From contig JBMFRB010000003.1 of NCBI GenBank assembly GCA_049968255.1, forward strand, positions 256,998 through 320,997: DNA of 64,000 nucleotides, in the 5' to 3' direction. Made by a program: the position numbers and the translations under genes. Positions 50,058-59,781 of the stretch are shown here, one piece after another (the first letter of the stretch is position 1; each line of letters starts with the position of its first letter). The stretch comes from Candidatus Sumerlaeaceae bacterium. Lineage in GTDB: Bacteria; Sumerlaeota; Sumerlaeia; Sumerlaeales; Sumerlaeaceae. Under the pieces are notes generated by a model, which was not told the origin of the DNA, did not search any database, and saw only the letters and a program-made list of their open reading frames with translations.

Positions 50058-50465
50058 ATGCGGCTAAGACAATTCCTCTGCCTTTGCATGCTCTGGGCTC
50101 TGGTGCAGCTGGCGGCCGGATGGTATTCCACAGCTGGCCCGCAGGCCTCCTGTTCGACATTGCCGTGCGCCTTTGCCTGTTGTGCAACATGTGATGGTTG
50201 TTGCACCAGCGACGACCCAAAAGGTTGTGACATCTCCGAAACGCAAGACTGCCGCTGTAGCTGCTCGCTTCCCGTCAGCAGCGACCAGTCTGCTCTCCCA
50301 TTTCAGCGCAAGTATTCCTTCCAGACGCGGGTGGAAAGGGCACTAGTCGCCGTCCTTGACGATGTGGTGCCGATTGTGGCCCGCGGAGCAATGCGCGACG
50401 CCCACTTTGGCCACAACTGGAGTTCCCTCCCACGGTATCTTTTGAATAGGGTTCTACGGAATTGA
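50058..50465 (+). CDS. Cys-rich DUF2946/CruR-like putative leader protein (135 aa)
   Basis: Basic then hydrophobic N-terminus, 11-Cys cluster (CC, CC, CxCxC), C-terminal LPRYLLNRVLRN. Confidence 0.65.
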   Translation: MRLRQFLCLCMLWALVQLAAGWYSTAGPQASCSTLPCAFACCATCDGCCTSDDPKGCDISETQDCRCSCSLPVSSDQSALPFQRKYSFQTRVERALVAVLDDVVPIVARGAMRDAHFGHNWSSLPRYLLNRVLRN

Positions 50466-50606
50466 TCTCGTGGCAGCGTTGTGACCACCGCGCGTTGCGA
50501 GCACACGCTGCCTGTGATGAGGATGGGCCACCCCCTCTGGGTGCCCTGTGCGCTCGAGAGGTCCGCAATACGATTACGAACCCTCAGATTTCAAGGAGTA
50601 ACACCC

Positions 50607-50813
50607 ATGTTGAAGAACCTCGCGATGGCGTTGACTGCCATCACCCTCATGGCCGCACCAGTGGTCTCGTTTGCCCAGACTTGTGGCGGGTCGAAAGATT
50701 CCATGCCCAAGTGCGAGTGCAAAGATGGAAAATGCGGCTGCAAGGACGGCAACTGCAGTTGTGGGAAAGACTGCAAATGCGAAAAGTGCGGTCATTCCAG
50801 CGACAAGAAGTAA
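50607..50813 (+). CDS. Exported metallothionein-like protein (68 aa)
   Basis: AAGGAG RBS; signal peptide ending VSFA; 45-aa mature part has 10 Cys with four CxC, Lys/Gly/Asp-rich, no Phe/Tyr/Trp. Confidence 0.8.
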   Translation: MLKNLAMALTAITLMAAPVVSFAQTCGGSKDSMPKCECKDGKCGCKDGNCSCGKDCKCEKCGHSSDKK

Positions 50814-50859
50814 CCTTAGCTGACGTGACTTGAACGTCACGCTTGCAGCATGACATCTT

Positions 50860-50915
50860 GGGAAGCTGCTCGGTAACGGCATACAGCCGAGACTTGCAGC
50901 TTCCCTTCTTTTTTT
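50860..50915 (+). terminator. Probable Rho-independent terminator
   Basis: GGGAAGCTGC / GCAGCTTCCC stem with inner CTCGG/CCGAG, then TTCTTTTTTT. Confidence 0.6.
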
Positions 50916-51441
50916 CTCACTTCTCGATGTGGTAGAGATCTGCGTGATCGCAAAGGTGTTTTTGGTTGAGAACGACCATCCCGCGAACATGAGTTTGCCC
51001 TTCGTCCGAGCCGCTCTACCCACATCCCTAATACCTCACCCTGCAGGGTTCAGCTCAGAGAACTACGGTGGTGACGTCAAAAACTTGCACAAAACGATTG
51101 GAAAACGCGAAGCGGACTCTCGTTCTCGTGCGATGCAGCGTCCGGCTGTTCCATCATCCATTGGGGGGCGAGTTGCGCTGTCAAGCCGCGCGATACTCAT
51201 AGACCGATGCGTCATTTTGTCATTAACATGTTCATGTGAGATCTTCCCAAATTGTTAGATGACGTCCTGACCATGACCGCATGGCAGGGATGAGCGTAGC
51301 CCTATAGACGTGCAGTGCGACATTCAGATTCTGAGGTCATCCGCAAAAGCAAAGTAGCACGCATCTTTGCGGTGAGCAGCGGTCACGCCAGGTTTCCATG
51401 CACCGAAAATGCAGGCTGTGCCAACGATAGCCGACACTTCG

Positions 51442-54036
51442 TCACTCTGGTGGCTGTGGCTCCGGTCCTTTTTTCCCCCCGCGAATCCAAGCCTGGCGTG
51501 CTAGCAAGTATTGGCGTCGCTTCTCGAGCTCAGTTAGATGTTTTGGCCCGCTCGACGCAGCTACGCCAGCGGGACTCCCCGCCGCGCCATCCGGTTTGTC
51601 ATTAGCCGCGCCCCCCTCTCCACCCACCGGTTTTGCATCTGGCGGCGGAGCCAGGAGCTTTTCGACAAGTACGCGCGCCGCCCCATCGAGCGCACCCGTG
51701 GCGAGCAACTGCTCAAGTCTTTCTTTGAGCGGCGAGCGGCGCGGACCAAGACGCCGCAGAACGTCGACGACCTTTTGCCGCATGACTGGAGTCCCTAACT
51801 GAAGCGCATGAAGCAGCTCAGCGTGGAGGCGTTCTAAGACGGCCGGTGTGACTGGGGCTCTGGCAAAATCCATGAGCGCCGTTGCTGCCGCCGCTGCAAC
51901 AATTGCGTCCTTGTCTATCACGTGTTCGACGATCTTCGGCAACGCTGCGACAGTTTTCTTTTTGGCCAAGCCAGCCATTGCAGCCACACGTCGCGCGCGC
52001 CGTTTCGTCGCCAGCAAAAACCTCGCCTCCAGATCGTGCAGCCATTGCGTTTCCTCGTGCGAGAGCACAGTCGCCGTGGAAATCTCAGCCTGGCCTTCCT
52101 GCGTTTCTGCCGCAGCGCCCGGGAAGACGCCGAACATCCCTTCACCCCCACGTTTCTGCCCCACCTTCATGTAGGCCTGCATGAGGACGTCTGCCGTTTC
52201 TTTTCCAGGGCGAGGAAGTCGGCCACTGCGCACCTCCTCGAAAAGTTCCGCCAGCAGCTCATCAGCTTCCTCGCTAGGGATTTTGCTCACGGCGTAAACA
52301 AGTGCGCTCAGCACTTTGTCGCGCGTGATCTCAGAGCGTTCCTCAGTTCCCGGTTCGAGGATCGTCTCTCGCTGGTAGGGTGTTTTGGGTTTGTCATCGT
52401 GCAGAAACGTATTGGTAATGAGCTGGCGTAGGACGGGTAGCGTGGCGGGATCGGCCAGCTTTGCATAAAGCTCCGCCAGAGCGAGGTAGGCACCGGAAAA
52501 TGTTTTTGCGTGATGCAAAGCCACGCTGTTGATCGTGGCGAGAGCGTGAGGCGCAACACGTTCCAACAGCTCAATGAGCGGCTGGCGGAAGCCTAGAGGC
52601 GCCGTTCTGCCTTGACGCGCCAATTCGGGACGGTCCACGTGCCAAAGCGCTTGTGTGGCAATGGTGGCTGCCCACGTCAATAGCTCGGGATCTAACTTGT
52701 CGAGCGGTCCTTGCAAGAAAGCCAGCGCTGTGCGCATCGCCAACTCGTGATCGCCGGGTGGTAACATTTTCACCACGCGCTTCATAAGCTGCGATCGCTG
52801 CGCACCGTCGAGCGTGCGTGCCGCGCGCCCCAAAGCGTGAAGCACCGCAATCGCATCGCGTCGCGGCGGCCCCGTGAGCACCTTCTCGCGCAAGCATGAC
52901 TGCAGCACCTTCAAGAGCACATCGATTGCTTCTTGTGTGCCGATGCTTCCCAGTGCCGCAAGCGCTTCAGCTCGCACGTCGAGCTGCGGCTCCTCGATCC
53001 ATTTTGCCAACCAGCGCACGCCGGCCGGGTTTCGGAAAAGGCCAATCGTCTCCACAATGGCGGCCGCGATTTTCTTGTTCCAGATGGCCTCAGTCACAAA
53101 GCGCACATAGCTCTCCCACACCGGAGATGCTGCACCAACCTGGGCGAACGTCTTTGTCGCGACAATGCGGGCGGTGCGCCCCAACGACGCGTAAAGCCGT
53201 TGCTCGACACCGGCCAGCGCGCTCGTTGTCGAGAGCTCCTTCGGCACGAATTCCACAAATAGCGCTGTTGCCTCATAATAGCGTTCCCAACGCGGAGAGG
53301 TCAGGCACACAGCAACGATGGCGCGAATGGCCCGCAAAAATCTCTCGAGCTCGTCTTCATTCGGCTCGTGAAGCGCCATGCGATCAGGGAGAAAACGCGC
53401 GAGCTCCACAACTGCTTGGGTGTGCTCGACGCGCATCGCACTGGCCGGCGCCGTCTCGCGTCGATAGGCAGCCGCCCCTGAGCGCTCGTACTCCTCCAGC
53501 ATCGCCACAGCTGCTTGGCCATCGAGCCCTAGTTCGGACGCCGAGCGAGCTAATTGCCGAACAAAACTGGCCGCGCGTTCCTTCTCTGCGACAAGCCCTC
53601 CAAGCAGATTGCCAATCTGCCGCGCGCGCTGCACGCGCTCATCGGGCGTGAATGCCGTGTCGATCAGACTTCGGGCGAGCGCAAATGCACGCTTGAGTTC
53701 ATTTGCCTTTACGGCGCCACGGAACTCGTCCGTCAGGCGCTCATGTGCGATGCGTGCAAGACGCTCCCGCCACTCGTGAAACAGGTCCAAGTCGTGGCGA
53801 AGCGGATCCAGGACAGTATCACCAGCTGGCCCCAGCGCTGGAACTATCTCCTCCTCGAATCGCACGGCCGGCCACACGCGCCACTGATCCCGGTAAAGCT
53901 TGGTCAGCTGCCCAGCGGCTTGCGCTTGATTCGACGCAGCGTGTGGCGAGCGCACAAGCAAGTCCTCGGCGATTGCAAGTGCTTGCGCAATGCGTCCCTC
54001 TTCGAGAGCAATCCAGAGATGTTCCAACGTCGCCAT
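51442..54036 (-). CDS. Large HEAT-repeat alpha-solenoid protein
   Basis: VRAEALAALGSIG.QEAIDVLL and IVAAAAATALMD repeats; 864 aa, no TM. Confidence 0.8.
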   Translation of the reverse strand: MATLEHLWIALEEGRIAQALAIAEDLLVRSPHAASNQAQAAGQLTKLYRDQWRVWPAVRFEEEIVPALGPAGDTVLDPLRHDLDLFHEWRERLARIAHERLTDEFRGAVKANELKRAFALARSLIDTAFTPDERVQRARQIGNLLGGLVAEKERAASFVRQLARSASELGLDGQAAVAMLEEYERSGAAAYRRETAPASAMRVEHTQAVVELARFLPDRMALHEPNEDELERFLRAIRAIVAVCLTSPRWERYYEATALFVEFVPKELSTTSALAGVEQRLYASLGRTARIVATKTFAQVGAASPVWESYVRFVTEAIWNKKIAAAIVETIGLFRNPAGVRWLAKWIEEPQLDVRAEALAALGSIGTQEAIDVLLKVLQSCLREKVLTGPPRRDAIAVLHALGRAARTLDGAQRSQLMKRVVKMLPPGDHELAMRTALAFLQGPLDKLDPELLTWAATIATQALWHVDRPELARQGRTAPLGFRQPLIELLERVAPHALATINSVALHHAKTFSGAYLALAELYAKLADPATLPVLRQLITNTFLHDDKPKTPYQRETILEPGTEERSEITRDKVLSALVYAVSKIPSEEADELLAELFEEVRSGRLPRPGKETADVLMQAYMKVGQKRGGEGMFGVFPGAAAETQEGQAEISTATVLSHEETQWLHDLEARFLLATKRRARRVAAMAGLAKKKTVAALPKIVEHVIDKDAIVAAAAATALMDFARAPVTPAVLERLHAELLHALQLGTPVMRQKVVDVLRRLGPRRSPLKERLEQLLATGALDGAARVLVEKLLAPPPDAKPVGGEGGAANDKPDGAAGSPAGVAASSGPKHLTELEKRRQYLLARQAWIRGGKKGPEPQPPE

Positions 54037-54161
54037 GTGCTATTCCTGTTCTTTTCTCCGTTGTCCGAAATTACAGAACTGTTGTTGAAATCTCTTGTGG
54101 GCAAGCCCAGACACTAGCTAAGTTGTTCACCGCAAAGATATGACGAAATGGAGACCGCGAC

Positions 54162-54506
54162 ATGGCGGATTGCCTCTTTTGCTCCATCATTGAGGGCAAA
54201 ATTCCCGCGGCGAAAATTTACGAGGATGAGTGGTGCGTGGCTTTCCGCGACATAAAGCCACAGGCGCCGACCCACGTTCTCATCGTGCCGCGCAAACATA
54301 TTCCCACACTCAATGATCTCACGGCTGAGGATGCGGAGCTCGTCGGGCGACTCTTCCTTGCTGCGAAAAAGATCGCGGCCGACGAAGGGGTAGCCCAAGC
54401 AGGCTATCGCACAGTTTTCAATTGTAATGCCGCAGCCGGTCAGGCCGTCTTCCATATTCATCTGCACCTCCTTGGCGGGCGCAACCTTGCCTGGCCCCCC
54501 GGATGA
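54162..54506 (+). CDS. hinT: Histidine triad nucleotide-binding protein
   Basis: DCLFC, DIKPQAPTHVLIVP, GQAVFHIHLHLLGGR, WPPG; GGAG RBS. Confidence 0.95.
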   Translation: MADCLFCSIIEGKIPAAKIYEDEWCVAFRDIKPQAPTHVLIVPRKHIPTLNDLTAEDAELVGRLFLAAKKIAADEGVAQAGYRTVFNCNAAAGQAVFHIHLHLLGGRNLAWPPG

Positions 54507-56704
54507 TGCTACCTCATTTGGTTCCAAAGAAAGGTGATCTTAGGACACGAGATAACCGGCACGCGGCTGCCGCGATTGTTTTGCTCGCCGTTGCGCTCGT
54601 TTTAGTCAGTTCCTCGGGGCCACCAGCGTTGTCCTTTCTCATCCAGCGGATCGAGCAGATTGCCATTGCCGCTTGGGTGCCAGTGGCAATTCTGACCGTG
54701 GCAGGCATCGCGGGGCTAACCTTGGTCCCGCGCGAGGCCGCACGCTGGCTAACAGGCGTCGAATGCCTCATTTTTGGGGCTCTCGCCGTTCTCAGCGGAC
54801 TTTCCATCCTCACAATCCTCGCAGGGATTTTTGGTCATCCTTCCCGCGAAGGAATGCTCGTCATGCTTGCCGCAATCGGCGGCTGGGGAATTTGGCGATG
54901 GAAGCGAAGGGGCGGGGTGGGAGGTGGGCAGATTCCTTGGGCGGGCGAACCTTGGAGTCGCTCTGCAAGCCTGCTCTTTGCTTTATTCTTGCTTGCTCTT
55001 GTCCCTGTTGTGACAAGCGCGTTTGCACCGCCTCTCCTTTACGACGTCACGGAGTATCACCTCGGCGCCTTCTGCGATTACTTTCGTTTCGACAAGCTGC
55101 ACTTTTACCCCATGCACCACAACTTTTACGCGCGCTTCCCCTTCCCCGTAGAGGCGCTTTATTACCTCGGTCTCGTTTTGGAGCATCCCCAGGATTTCGC
55201 GCCGAAACTTCTGAATCTGGTGAGCGTTGGGGGATTGCTTGCCTTGTCGTGGCAGTGGCTAAGGCGATGGGGCGTGCGGCGGGTCTTCCGATTCCTTGCT
55301 GTGTTGGTAATCCTTTGCCATCCCGTTCTCCTCGAAGTCTCCCTTGATGCTTATATTGACGCGCCTGTTGCGCTACTGGTTCTCACAGCGCTCTACGGAC
55401 TTGAGCTTGCGATCACTGCCGATTTGCTTCGGACGCAAGCGTCCGCAGGTCTCAGCCTCCTGCCGCTCATTGCATGGATTGCCGGCACAGCTTGCGTTAG
55501 CAAATACACGGCGGCACAATTCTATGGCATTCCCGTCGCGCTGATCTATGCTCTCCCGCTTTGGAAAATGCGAAGGGCTTTTTCCGGGCGGCAAATCGTC
55601 ACGACACTCATTTGTTTTTTCTTGCCCATCGTGGTGTGGCTCGGGAAAAACGTTTATTTTTACGGCAACCCGCTCGAACCTTTTTTTACTTGGCTTTTTT
55701 CGCGCAACGATCCGGCGGCAGTTGCGCGTGAAAAATTTTACATTGAATCGCACTATCCACAGCCGCCATGGACGTTGGGTTACTGGGCCACCCTTTTGCC
55801 TCGTTTTGATGCCGTCGGCTGGCTTATCGCAGCTCCGCTTGTCGGTCTTCCACTGGTACGTCGGCGCCCCGACGTCGGACGCCTCTTGGGCGTATGCGTT
55901 GGGAGCTATCTTTTATGGAACGGTATTCGCTACAGTCAGGACCGTTTTCTCCTGCCAACAATTATTCTTGTTATCATCCTGTCAGTCTCTGTTTTGAATG
56001 AACTCCCGACTGCTCTCAGTCGAGGGGTCGGAGCTGGGACGTTCCTCCTCGTGGCAATGTGCGGAATCATCCCTCACACCATCCGCGTGGCGGGAGGGGG
56101 AGAATTCGGCTATCTGGGAGATTTCGTGGCGATGCCCGCGAGCGACAACGCTCCTTACCGAACCGCTTTCTACGAAAAGAACCTTGGCGCACTTGGCAAG
56201 GCCCTAACGTCCATGGATCGGGCAGGGATTCGAGGGCAGTCCGTTCTCCTGATTTACGAAGCCCGTCCGTACCTTTTTCGCCACATGCCCGCTGTGTACA
56301 ACACGGTGTTCGACGAAAGCGAACTCCTGCGTCTTGCGGGTGGAGCCCGCTCAGCCGACGAGGTTACATCTGCGCTCTATGCAGCTGGCATTCGCTGGGT
56401 TTTGGTAAATATGGAGGAGCTACGCCGCTTTATCGATCAGTACGCCCGCCCCGACCAATTGCGCCAGCGGGGCATCCGCCAGCCGATGCGCGAATTCTCC
56501 CGGATTAAGGACCCTGAGGATCTCTACCCGCCTTTCTATCGCTCGCCGGATTGGCCCAGCATGCGCGAACCTGTGCTAGCCTGGCTTCGTGGTCTGCGAG
56601 CGAAAGCCGTAGTGATCGAGGGAAGTGAGATCGCGCCCGTGTTCATCGCGCCACTCGAGCCGCCACCAATCCGCGAGAAACTCGTCAGGGCCGAGCGTCG
56701 CTAA
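54503..56704 (+). CDS. Polytopic GT-C-like (ArnT/PMT-related) membrane protein
   Basis: PPLLYDVTEYHL, YIDAP, SKYT, KNVYFYGNPL, RFLLP; more than 10 TM helices. Confidence 0.75.
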   Translation: MMLPHLVPKKGDLRTRDNRHAAAAIVLLAVALVLVSSSGPPALSFLIQRIEQIAIAAWVPVAILTVAGIAGLTLVPREAARWLTGVECLIFGALAVLSGLSILTILAGIFGHPSREGMLVMLAAIGGWGIWRWKRRGGVGGGQIPWAGEPWSRSASLLFALFLLALVPVVTSAFAPPLLYDVTEYHLGAFCDYFRFDKLHFYPMHHNFYARFPFPVEALYYLGLVLEHPQDFAPKLLNLVSVGGLLALSWQWLRRWGVRRVFRFLAVLVILCHPVLLEVSLDAYIDAPVALLVLTALYGLELAITADLLRTQASAGLSLLPLIAWIAGTACVSKYTAAQFYGIPVALIYALPLWKMRRAFSGRQIVTTLICFFLPIVVWLGKNVYFYGNPLEPFFTWLFSRNDPAAVAREKFYIESHYPQPPWTLGYWATLLPRFDAVGWLIAAPLVGLPLVRRRPDVGRLLGVCVGSYLLWNGIRYSQDRFLLPTIILVIILSVSVLNELPTALSRGVGAGTFLLVAMCGIIPHTIRVAGGGEFGYLGDFVAMPASDNAPYRTAFYEKNLGALGKALTSMDRAGIRGQSVLLIYEARPYLFRHMPAVYNTVFDESELLRLAGGARSADEVTSALYAAGIRWVLVNMEELRRFIDQYARPDQLRQRGIRQPMREFSRIKDPEDLYPPFYRSPDWPSMREPVLAWLRGLRAKAVVIEGSEIAPVFIAPLEPPPIREKLVRAERR

Positions 56705-56788
56705 TCGCTTGATTTCCCTCGCCATGGCGGCATAGACCAACTGCTCAGAAGTTAGAGCAAATCACGGCATGACATAGAAGGGCCTGTC

Positions 56789-57109
56789 ATGATCATTACA
56801 ACCACCCCGACCATTGAAGGGAAAACGATTGTGGATTATCGCGGAATAGTGACGGGCGATGCCGTCATGGGGGCCAATGTGTTGCGCGATATTGCTGCCT
56901 CGCTTCGCGATATTTTTGGCGGACGAGCGAAAGCTTACGAGGACGTTTTCGGCGAAGCCCGCGAGGAAGCCTTGCGCGAAATGGCCCACCAGGCGGAGCT
57001 GCTCGGTGCTAATGCGGTGGTCGGTGTGGATATTGATTATGAAACCCTGGGACCTAAAGGCTCAATCCTCATGGTCTCGGTCACGGGCACGGCCGTTGTC
57101 GTCCGTTAG
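56789..57109 (+). CDS. YbjQ/UPF0145 family protein
   Basis: [46 protein letters not shown]. Confidence 0.94.
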   Translation: MIITTTPTIEGKTIVDYRGIVTGDAVMGANVLRDIAASLRDIFGGRAKAYEDVFGEAREEALREMAHQAELLGANAVVGVDIDYETLGPKGSILMVSVTGTAVVVR

Positions 57110-57365
57110 CTCCCCTCACTGTTGAATCGACCAGGCCAGAGAATCTTTGACCATTCGCGTCGAAGGACGCATAACGGACGGAAAGAAAACAACCAAGGTT
57201 TTGTGGGGGGCACGCAACACTCAACGGTGCACACTGTCGGCTTGGACTTAGCATCAAGCATCGCATTGTTCATCGACCCCTTGCCTAAGCGAAAGGAATG
57301 GGCACCCTTGAGTCCAAGCCCCGCGCTGCGGAGCAACGTGCTGTTGCCCTCGGGGAAAAACAACG

Positions 57366-57441
57366 TGGTGGAGGCAAGGGGATTCGAACCCCTGACCCTC
57401 AGACTGCCAGCCTGATGCTCTCCCAACTGAGCTATGCCCCC
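57366..57441 (-). tRNA. tRNA-Ala (GGC)
   Basis: GGGGGCATAGCTCAGTTGGGAGAGC...CT-GGC-AG...GGTTCGAATCCCCTTGCCTCCACCA; G3:U70 pair; 76 nt. Confidence 0.98.
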
Positions 57442-57773
57442 ACCATGAGGTGGTTGGCCTGTGATCTCACTTTCGAGTGCACAGGCCAGCAATGTTTACA
57501 CGGCATGGCAATGATTATTCCGTTTTCTTCTCGCTGGGCGAATTGCTGGGCATGCGCGCGGCGGGCACCTCCGTCCGAGCACGGCAGCACCGCAGAGGAG
57601 TCCAGCTATCCGCACCATCCAGGGCGTACGCTTCATCAGGCCTCCGGGCCATTCACACCTGCAACTTGCCATTCCCCTTTTCTTATTGCGAAAGATTGTT
57701 TCTCTGCACCAAAAGCTCTTAGCGGACGCGCTACCTGCGCGATTTGCACCATGACGATGAGACGGTAACAGCA

Positions 57774-58892
57774 ATGGCACAGCAGCAAACGAATTGGTAT
57801 CTGGAGGGAGCTCTTACCGAAGACGGGCCCGTCACGCGATTCAATGTGAGAGAAAAACCGGTCATGGTTGGCCGGCAAGCAGGGATGGATCTCGTCCTGC
57901 GCAACGACGGAGTGTCGCGCCGCCACGCCCAACTCTACGTGGAAGGCGACTGCCTCTGGATTCGCGACCTAGGCAGCAGCAATGGCACCTTTGTCAATCG
58001 TCAGCGCATCAGCGAACCGACGGCGCTGCGCGCCGGCGACGTCGTCCATTTTGCTGGAATCGAATTTATTGTCGGCTGCGACGAAAACATTCATTCCTCG
58101 TCCGGCCTCGACACGCTTGCCATGTCCAGCATCTTGCCCGAGAACTATCCCACGGTTAGCGCGCGCCTCGTCGAGATGATCCGCGACGTGCGGGTCCACT
58201 GCCACTACGAGCCAATTGTGATGGCTGGCACACAGCAGGTGTGGGCGTACGAAGCTTTGGGGCGTGGTGCGCTCGACGGCTTACCCGAGTCGCCACTCGA
58301 ACTCTTCGCCCTCGCCGCGCCGCTGGGACTTCAGGCAGAGCTTAGTCGCGTCTTCCGCACGGTGAGCATTCGCGAGGTGCCCTCCCTTACGCCTGAGGGC
58401 GGCCTTTTTCTCAATATCCATCCTGCAGAGATGGAGGATACAGCCACGCTTGTCGCCTCTCTGCGTGCGGTGCGCTCTCTTGCGCCTAGTTTGCCGCTCG
58501 TTGTGGAAATTCCAGAAATGCTCGTCACGAATGATGCTGCTCTGTCAGCCCTCCGTGAGCGTTTGGGAGAGCTCAACATCCAGCTCGCTTACGACGATTT
58601 TGGCGCCGGCCAGGCGCGTCTTGTCGAGCTGACCCGCGTGCCGCCTGAGTATCTCAAATTCGATAAGGTGCTGGTGGGTGATCTTGCCAAACCTGGTCTG
58701 CGGGTGCGTACTATCTTGGAGATGCTCATCACCTTCGCGCACGATCTGGGCGTGAAATGTGTGGCCGAAGGAGTCGCCAGCCATGAGGTCGCCGCAGCCG
58801 CTTGTGATGTAGGATTTGACCTCCTCCAAGGCCACTTTTTCAGCAAGGCGTCCGCACTTTCTACGGTCACACCGCTACAGCCGTTTGGCTAG
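57774..58892 (+). CDS. FHA-EAL c-di-GMP phosphodiesterase
   Basis: FHA: VGR, VSRRHA, DLGSSNGTFVN; EAL: YEALGR, LNIHP, VEIPE, YDDFGAG, LKFD, AEGV, QGHFF. Confidence 0.9.
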   Translation: MAQQQTNWYLEGALTEDGPVTRFNVREKPVMVGRQAGMDLVLRNDGVSRRHAQLYVEGDCLWIRDLGSSNGTFVNRQRISEPTALRAGDVVHFAGIEFIVGCDENIHSSSGLDTLAMSSILPENYPTVSARLVEMIRDVRVHCHYEPIVMAGTQQVWAYEALGRGALDGLPESPLELFALAAPLGLQAELSRVFRTVSIREVPSLTPEGGLFLNIHPAEMEDTATLVASLRAVRSLAPSLPLVVEIPEMLVTNDAALSALRERLGELNIQLAYDDFGAGQARLVELTRVPPEYLKFDKVLVGDLAKPGLRVRTILEMLITFAHDLGVKCVAEGVASHEVAAAACDVGFDLLQGHFFSKASALSTVTPLQPFG

Positions 58893-58914
58893 CGGCGGCG
58901 CATTGAGCCGCCTA

Positions 58915-59781
58915 TCAGTGCGCTGCTTTCAGCGACTGCTTCGCAAATCCTTCTGGAATTTCGATCGTCGCGAGTTCGGGCGAGCGCGGCTGGTCGAGCC
59001 GCACCTCGCTTAGGCGCACAAGAAAGGCTCCACCCTTCGCGTTTTCAATGGCGAACTCCACAGGCACGACTGAGTTTCCGTCCGCCACTTGTTCGTAAGC
59101 CCAGAAACGGATTTCGCCCATTTTGCGGCGCCCCTGCCACATCGTCAGGCGCTCAACAAGCAGATCGCGCCGGCGCACGACAAATTCTTGTTCGCGCATT
59201 TGCCGCTCGTTGCGAAACCAAAAGTGAAGGCGGTCGCGAGCAGGATAGAACTCAGCCGGATCACTCTCGAGTCGGCGAAGCAACAAAGCCTCCACGTCCA
59301 CAGCGTCGAACACTTGCGTGGGCGCCATCCCGCCCAGAATTTCTGGTGCACGTTCGAGCTCAGCCAGCGGGCCTGTCACCACCATTTTCTCGGGGATGAT
59401 CACAGCAGTCGCGAACCCATCTTTTACCAGCAAATCGAACACTCCAGCACCGCTTTGGCTAGCGCGAACACGCAAAAAATCAGGTGGATCGACATAAGCT
59501 AAGGCATCGAAGCGCTGGCGCGGCGAGCGACGGCCGCCTCTCCCGATAAAAATCTCAGCACGTGCTCGCAGGCCCCGAATAGCACGAGCACGCTTCGCCA
59601 ACACGTCGCGCACGTCGTGTGGCGAGCGAATCTCTCCCTTCACGGGAGCGAGAGGCGAGCGAAATTCGAGGTCGTAATCTGGTCGGCCCTGGCGTGCTGT
59701 CAGCCCTTGGCAACCGCTGAAAAGGGCAACAGCGAAAAGCAACCACAACAGACTCGCGGCAAGGCGCGTCCGCTTAGCCAC
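58915..59781 (-). CDS. Lipoprotein, LolA/LolB-like (DUF4292-like) fold
   Basis: GTG start with GGAG RBS overlapping the hpt stop; lipobox LFSGC; beta-rich, ends IEIPEGF. Confidence 0.65.
   Translation of the reverse strand: MAKRTRLAASLLWLLFAVALFSGCQGLTARQGRPDYDLEFRSPLAPVKGEIRSPHDVRDVLAKRARAIRGLRARAEIFIGRGGRRSPRQRFDALAYVDPPDFLRVRASQSGAGVFDLLVKDGFATAVIIPEKMVVTGPLAELERAPEILGGMAPTQVFDAVDVEALLLRRLESDPAEFYPARDRLHFWFRNERQMREQEFVVRRRDLLVERLTMWQGRRKMGEIRFWAYEQVADGNSVVPVEFAIENAKGGAFLVRLSEVRLDQPRSPELATIEIPEGFAKQSLKAAH

Noticed and set aside
50607-50813. Firm call as a bufferin/HvfA-type RiPP precursor
   Set aside because: Only one DGKCG, CxC dominates, and no DUF692/DUF2063 genes are adjacent
57442-57773. 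c-di-GMP riboswitch upstream of the EAL gene
   Set aside because: GEMM consensus elements not found
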